From NCBI RefSeq assembly GCF_009834535.1, contig NC_045713.1, positions 12,772,001 to 12,836,000 on the forward strand: a stretch of DNA of 64,000 nt, in the 5' to 3' direction. Source of the DNA: Camelus ferus. Its lineage: Eukaryota. A program made the position numbers and the translations under genes. Shown piece by piece: positions 59,601 to 64,000 of this stretch. The stretch's first letter is position 1. The number at the start of each line of letters is the position of its first letter. The notes below the pieces were generated by a model. That model was given only the letters and a program-made list of their open reading frames with translations. It made no database searches and was not told the origin of the DNA.

Positions 59601-61051
59601 GTGGGAATACCAAGACATCTTTGGTCACAAAAAAATTAGTCTTCATTCCACATCCTTTTTTTCCAGAGAGAAATTGTGCATGCTCAGAGTTTTGAAACTG
59701 AGTCAGGGAGATGGGAAGATGTAGACAATTAGAGGTCACTTGATGTAAAGCACAGTTAAAAGCAATTGAAGAGTGTCAGGGTTGGAGTGAAATAATCTGC
59801 TGGAGCATTGCAGTATTAAACTGGCAGTGGCTTTCCTTGAACATGTTGCCACATAAGATACAAGTAAAAATGAACATCCTCTTAAAATGCAAGCTGACTG
59901 GTGAGTACTCAGAGCTACTCACGTGGGTGTGTATCCAGTTGATACTTCATGGCTGACTTCCCATCGTGTGCCCTGCAGGGCTTCCCTTCGGAATAAAACT
60001 CACCCCAAACTGTGGTGTTTGCTGCCCTTGGTACAGTTGTTCAGCTGCTGCTGTTAGACACTGAAAGTTGTGTGCACCTGGGGTGGGCTTGGGGATTTGG
60101 ACAGACTAGGGCGCTAGGTCCCGTAGGACCATGGTTACAGAATGGGTCCAGATTGGCCCTCTCCTGTGGAAAGACCGGGAGGTGGAGGAAGGGGCTGAGC
60201 AGGAGAGACTGGGATACAGTTCCGTCTGGGATCGAGTGCCTTTGTAAAATCAGAGAGTCGTAACTTTTCAGGAATGAACAGCATTGTCACCAGACACGTA
60301 GGAACATGCTCCTCATCGTTCTGTTTTTTACATGTCGCACATCATCTACGCTGTACCCAGAAGTGGTTTTATTTTTAACTTGAGGGCCTGCAGCTCTGTT
60401 CCTGGGTAGCGGCATTTTCTTGGACCTTATCTGTCAAGACGGAGATTCCATCTACTTGGTATTGTCATTCGTTGAGCATCTCATAACAGACACTAGCCAG
60501 CCACCCTGCCGCCTGTGGCAGAGCTGGGTATGTCTGCTCAGCCCTCCTGAGGGAGCCGTGTAACCGTAATTTGGTAAAACTGGCGTTTCTTACCTTAAAG
60601 AGAAAATTTTCAGTCACCTCCTTGCTGCAGTTAAGCAGAGTAAAGTTACTAATGAGCTTAGTTGTCAGAATCAGCTCACGATTCCTGGTGAATAAAGACT
60701 GATATCATTTTGTGTTTTCCTGTCATTTGCCTTCAGTGAGATGCAAGAACTTTTCGTATTTTGTCTTCCTCATATTAACTGAATTAAGTGAAAGTGTGGT
60801 TTCTCTGTGATTAAGAGTCCTGGAGCAGAACTGGCGAAATCCCCATGTTGGTCCTTGTCAGGTCTTTTAAAGCTGAATTAGATGTCTGACTTGCTGTTTA
60901 ATGGCCTCCTGTGTATCCGGTATCTGCTCCCTTGGCCCAAGTGCAGGCCAGCGGCCCACTTAGGATTGACGCCAGTTGTTTTCGATACAGATTCTCTCTG
61001 TCCAGCAGCACAGTGATAAGTGGTGGTCCTCACTTCTCTGTCTCTGAGCAG

Positions 61052-61142
61052 GTCGGACGAGTGTATCCCCAGGCCGTCTACTTCCCCATCCGGACCCTGT
61101 ACCTGACCCTGAAGATAGAGCAGCGGGAACGCTACAAGAGCG
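61052..61142 (+). CDS. TRRAP: TRRAP exon (VGRVYPQA...RERYKS)
   Basis: gagcag|GTC acceptor, GCG|gtacgt donor; 91 nt, ends phase 1. Confidence 0.96.
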
Positions 61143-62315
61143 GTACGTCCCCGCGGGCGCGGGGCTGGGTCCCGGGCGGACAGGCTCCTGCCTGCGGCGC
61201 ACTCCCAGGACGGGGGCCGGTCTCGCCTTTAGCCACTGAGGGGACGCTGGGGCTGGGAGACAAACCCTGACCTCCCGGTGGGGTTCATGGTTCTCCTTCA
61301 CCACGATGTGCTGAGTGTTGATTTACCTAAGAGATTTGATGCATAAGTAGGAAAAGTGTATGAAATTTTTAGGTACAGATAATGGTGAAGCATAACTTGC
61401 CTCGATAGTTAGAAATGAGTCCTGGTAAACAGTATAAATGTCAGTTACTGTGTTGTAAAGAATGTCTTCATCTGTCAGGAGAATCCACATAGAAATCAAT
61501 CTTACCAAATGTAAAAATTTACTCAGAAGTTTTTAATCCATATTGAATAGCCCTAGGATGTAAAGAAATAACTCATTTAACGGTTTCAGTTACCCACTCA
61601 GCGTGGTGCTTTGTAAACAATTAAAGCACTGTTTGCTTCACCACGCTCTTAATCCGTAGACAGTCACGCTGCAGGCCAGAGTCGTTCTTGGAAGGTGACT
61701 CCATCCCCCGGGCAGTGGCGGCCTTGCCGCTCCTGTGCGGGGTTGGGTTAGCACTGCACAGCACGTCAGCTCCGACCTCCTGGGTCCAGGACTGAGGCAG
61801 ATCGTGTTTTGGTCACTTGAAAGTTAACGATTTTTATTCTAAGTGACCTGAAGCTAGAAAAATGGGCAACAGGTATTCAACATACCTCTTATGTATTTTT
61901 TCAAAAATGTCCTTTTCCACGTGGGTTTGGCTTTCCTAGATGAAAACGTGGAGAGTGACTTGTTAACTACTTGTGGATCCTCGGAGCTGTAGTGTAAAGA
62001 ATGTATTGTGACATATTTTGCCAGACATTTAAAAAGTGAACGTTCAGATTCAGGTGAAGTCAGAGAGCGAGCTTGGTGAACACGGTGCCCTCGCCCGCAC
62101 CCCCAGTTCCTGTGCTGTTGAACTTGCCCGCTCTCAGCACATGTGCTTTCTGGGGCCCGGTTGTAGACAGCCATGCTCCCCATAGCGCCCCACCCCGTTA
62201 GATCCACGTGGCCCCCGGGGAAGCGGTCCCGTGACGTGTCGCACACCGGCAGGAACCAGTGTTCCTTTGGCCGGTGGGTCCTTAGAGCACCGACTCTCCC
62301 ATCGGTCAGTTTGGC

Positions 62316-62479
62316 NNNNNNNNNNNNNNNNNNNNNNNNNNNNNNNNNNNNNNNNNNNNNNNNNNNNNNNNNNNNNNNNNNNNNNNNNNNNNNNNNNNNN
62401 NNNNNNNNNNNNNNNNNNNNNNNNNNNNNNNNNNNNNNNNNNNNNNNNNNNNNNNNNNNNNNNNNNNNNNNNNNNNNNN
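62316..62479. other. Assembly gap (164 N) covering the acceptor and 5' part of a TRRAP exon
   Basis: Run of N; TRRAP coding sequence resumes right after it. Confidence 0.97.
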
Positions 62480-62547
62480 CCCTGCTGTCTTCCCTGGAAG
62501 GCATCGTCGATCAGATGGTCTGGTTCAGAGAAAACTGGCACGAGGAG
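62480..62547 (+). CDS. TRRAP: TRRAP exon, visible 3' part (LLSSLEGIVDQMVWFRENWHEE)
   Basis: In-frame TRRAP peptide after the gap; GAG|gtactg donor. Confidence 0.92.
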
Positions 62548-63400
62548 GTACTGGATACGATCTCGGGAGTGCTGGCTTCCTGCGGAGGGACGTGTCGTTC
62601 TGTGTGCATCTGTGGCTGTATTTGCTCTCGATTAGCTGCCTGGTCATTTACGTGTGTCGCAGAATTGAGCGGTGGGGCAGCAGGGACTTGCGTAACTCTG
62701 CACGCTGGTGCAGCCTCGAATACTTGCAGCAGAAGACGTCAAAGGAAGGAGATGAAGTTGAGAAAGCCATTTCTGGCCTTAAGATGTTCACTTTGTTCAG
62801 TTGTCTGAGCTTCGTCACTTAATACCACCACTGACCAGGCAGCAGTGGTGGCTGTGGGCCCGGACAGCTCCCTGGCTGCCAGTCTCTGGGGCTGGGAGCC
62901 GCTTCCGGTGACCTTTCAGCGGCTAGGCCAGCTCCATGGCGTTGGTGTGAGCTGTTGCCAAAATACTCCGCCTTGGTTGCCCAGAGTTTCAGCCAGTTGG
63001 CCACAAGCCCCCCAGTTAGTGCCGTGTTACTTTGAGTGCACACGCGCGGCAGTAGCACTGAAGCTGTGGCGGCTTCCTCGCTTAATCAGCAGAAGAGTGT
63101 GTGTACGACCCAAAAAATGGGATTTGAGGTTTTTTGGTTTGGGTTTTGGGGTTTTTGTTTGTTTGTTTGTTTTTGTTTTGAACTGTTCAGGACAGTTGCT
63201 CCTCATTGCAAACACAGCTCACAATGTGGGCGTCCAGGCGTCCCCTGGTCTGCACACTCTGATGACAGCACCTGGTGGGCGCCAGGTGCCACAGAGAGCT
63301 TTGGTGGTGGTGGGGACGTGCTGGACAGCTGCGTTTGGCTGGTTGGTTGCTCAGATCGAGAGCTCTGTTTTGTGAGTTGCCTTGGTCCCTTTTCCCCTAG

Positions 63401-63662
63401 GTTCTCAGGCAGCTCCAGCAGGGCCTGGCAAAGTGCTACTCTGTTGCATTTGAGAAAAGCGGAGCAGTGTCCGATGCCAAAATTACCCCCCACACCCTCA
63501 ACTTCGTCAAGAAGCTGGTGAGCACATTCGGGGTGGGCCTGGAGAATGTGTCCAACGTCTCCACCATGTTCTCCAGTGCAGCCTCTGAGTCCCTGGCCCG
63601 GCGGGCACAGGCCACTGCGCAGGACCCTGTCTTCCAGAAGCTGAAGGGCCAGTTCACAACTG
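63401..63662 (+). CDS. TRRAP: TRRAP exon (VLRQLQQG...KGQFTT)
   Basis: ccctag|GTT acceptor, CTG|gtgagt donor; 262 nt, ends phase 1. Confidence 0.96.
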
Positions 63663-64000
63663 GTGAGTCCTGCTTTGCTCTTCCTAATCCAGGGGCGCTT
63701 CCACTCACATTTCTCCTTCATCTTTAACATCTGAGCTTAGTGTATTCATTTGTTTTCGTGAGCACTGTGTGGGTGAGCTGTTACACTGTGTTTAAAATAC
63801 AGGCTCAAATCACAAGGAAGCAGCAACGCTCCCCGCCTGGGACCGCAGGTCCTTCCCCAGGTGTGGGAGCCAGAGCACGGGGCTGCACGTCGGGGTGGGC
63901 ACAGGCTTCAGGGCAGCCTGCTCTTGCTTCTCTGTCCTGCCTCCTGCTTGGTTTAATGGGAGAACTCAACAGTGTAGGGTGAGGCGGTAAGACTCAAAGG

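Larger units (their letters stand above)
1..64000 (+). other. TRRAP: TRRAP gene, internal portion (53 coding exons traced; 5' and 3' ends outside the window)
   Basis: Spliced exon translations reproduce recognisable TRRAP sequence in colinear order with GT-AG junctions and compatible phases (e.g. MKEEKEVLEHFAGVF, KRGLSVDSAQEVKRFR, LWQKRCRYSETATAIAYEQHG, WLAWIPQLLTCL). Confidence 0.98.

Noticed and set aside
247-63400. U12-type or GC-AG introns; intronic snoRNA or miRNA
   Set aside because: All traced donors are GT without the RTATCCTT signature. I recognised no C/D or H/ACA box pairing or long hairpin, though an Infernal/Rfam scan would be needed to exclude them.
1-64000. A novel multi-gene or prokaryote-type system (CRISPR, operon, defence island)
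   Set aside because: The sequence is a spliced mammalian gene. I saw no repeat-spacer array, and every credible coding segment belongs to TRRAP or decayed retroelements.

Overview
This is vertebrate genomic DNA, not prokaryotic. The whole window is an internal part of one plus-strand, multi-exon gene: TRRAP (transformation/transcription domain-associated protein, the PIKK-family pseudokinase scaffold of the SAGA/STAGA and NuA4/TIP60 complexes). I traced 53 GT-AG coding exons by hand. Splice phases join in frame from the Pro-rich linker (...PAPVPPFEKQGEK...) through the HEAT-repeat solenoid and the FAT domain to ...QKLKGQFTT. The start codon and the C-terminal pseudokinase/FATC region lie outside the window. 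Two exons are partly hidden by N gaps (31483-31662 and 62316-62479). Six tRNA-Ala(AGC)-derived SINEs of Vic-1 type point to a camelid (alpaca, llama or camel). Introns also hold L1, L2, MIR, a Tigger-type MITE and a probable hAT fossil. I found no new multi-gene system. The best leads are at RNA-processing level: a tandem cassette module (54-nt Cys-rich exon plus a 21-nt microexon missing from the ORF track as a splice unit), a 33-nt alternative donor, several upstream acceptors that would give an immediate stop, an inverted SINE pair around a frame-shifting exon, an abrupt synonymous-composition switch, and a perfect 43-nt duplication beside a hairpin. Comparisons with human TRRAP are from memory of the protein, not from a database search.
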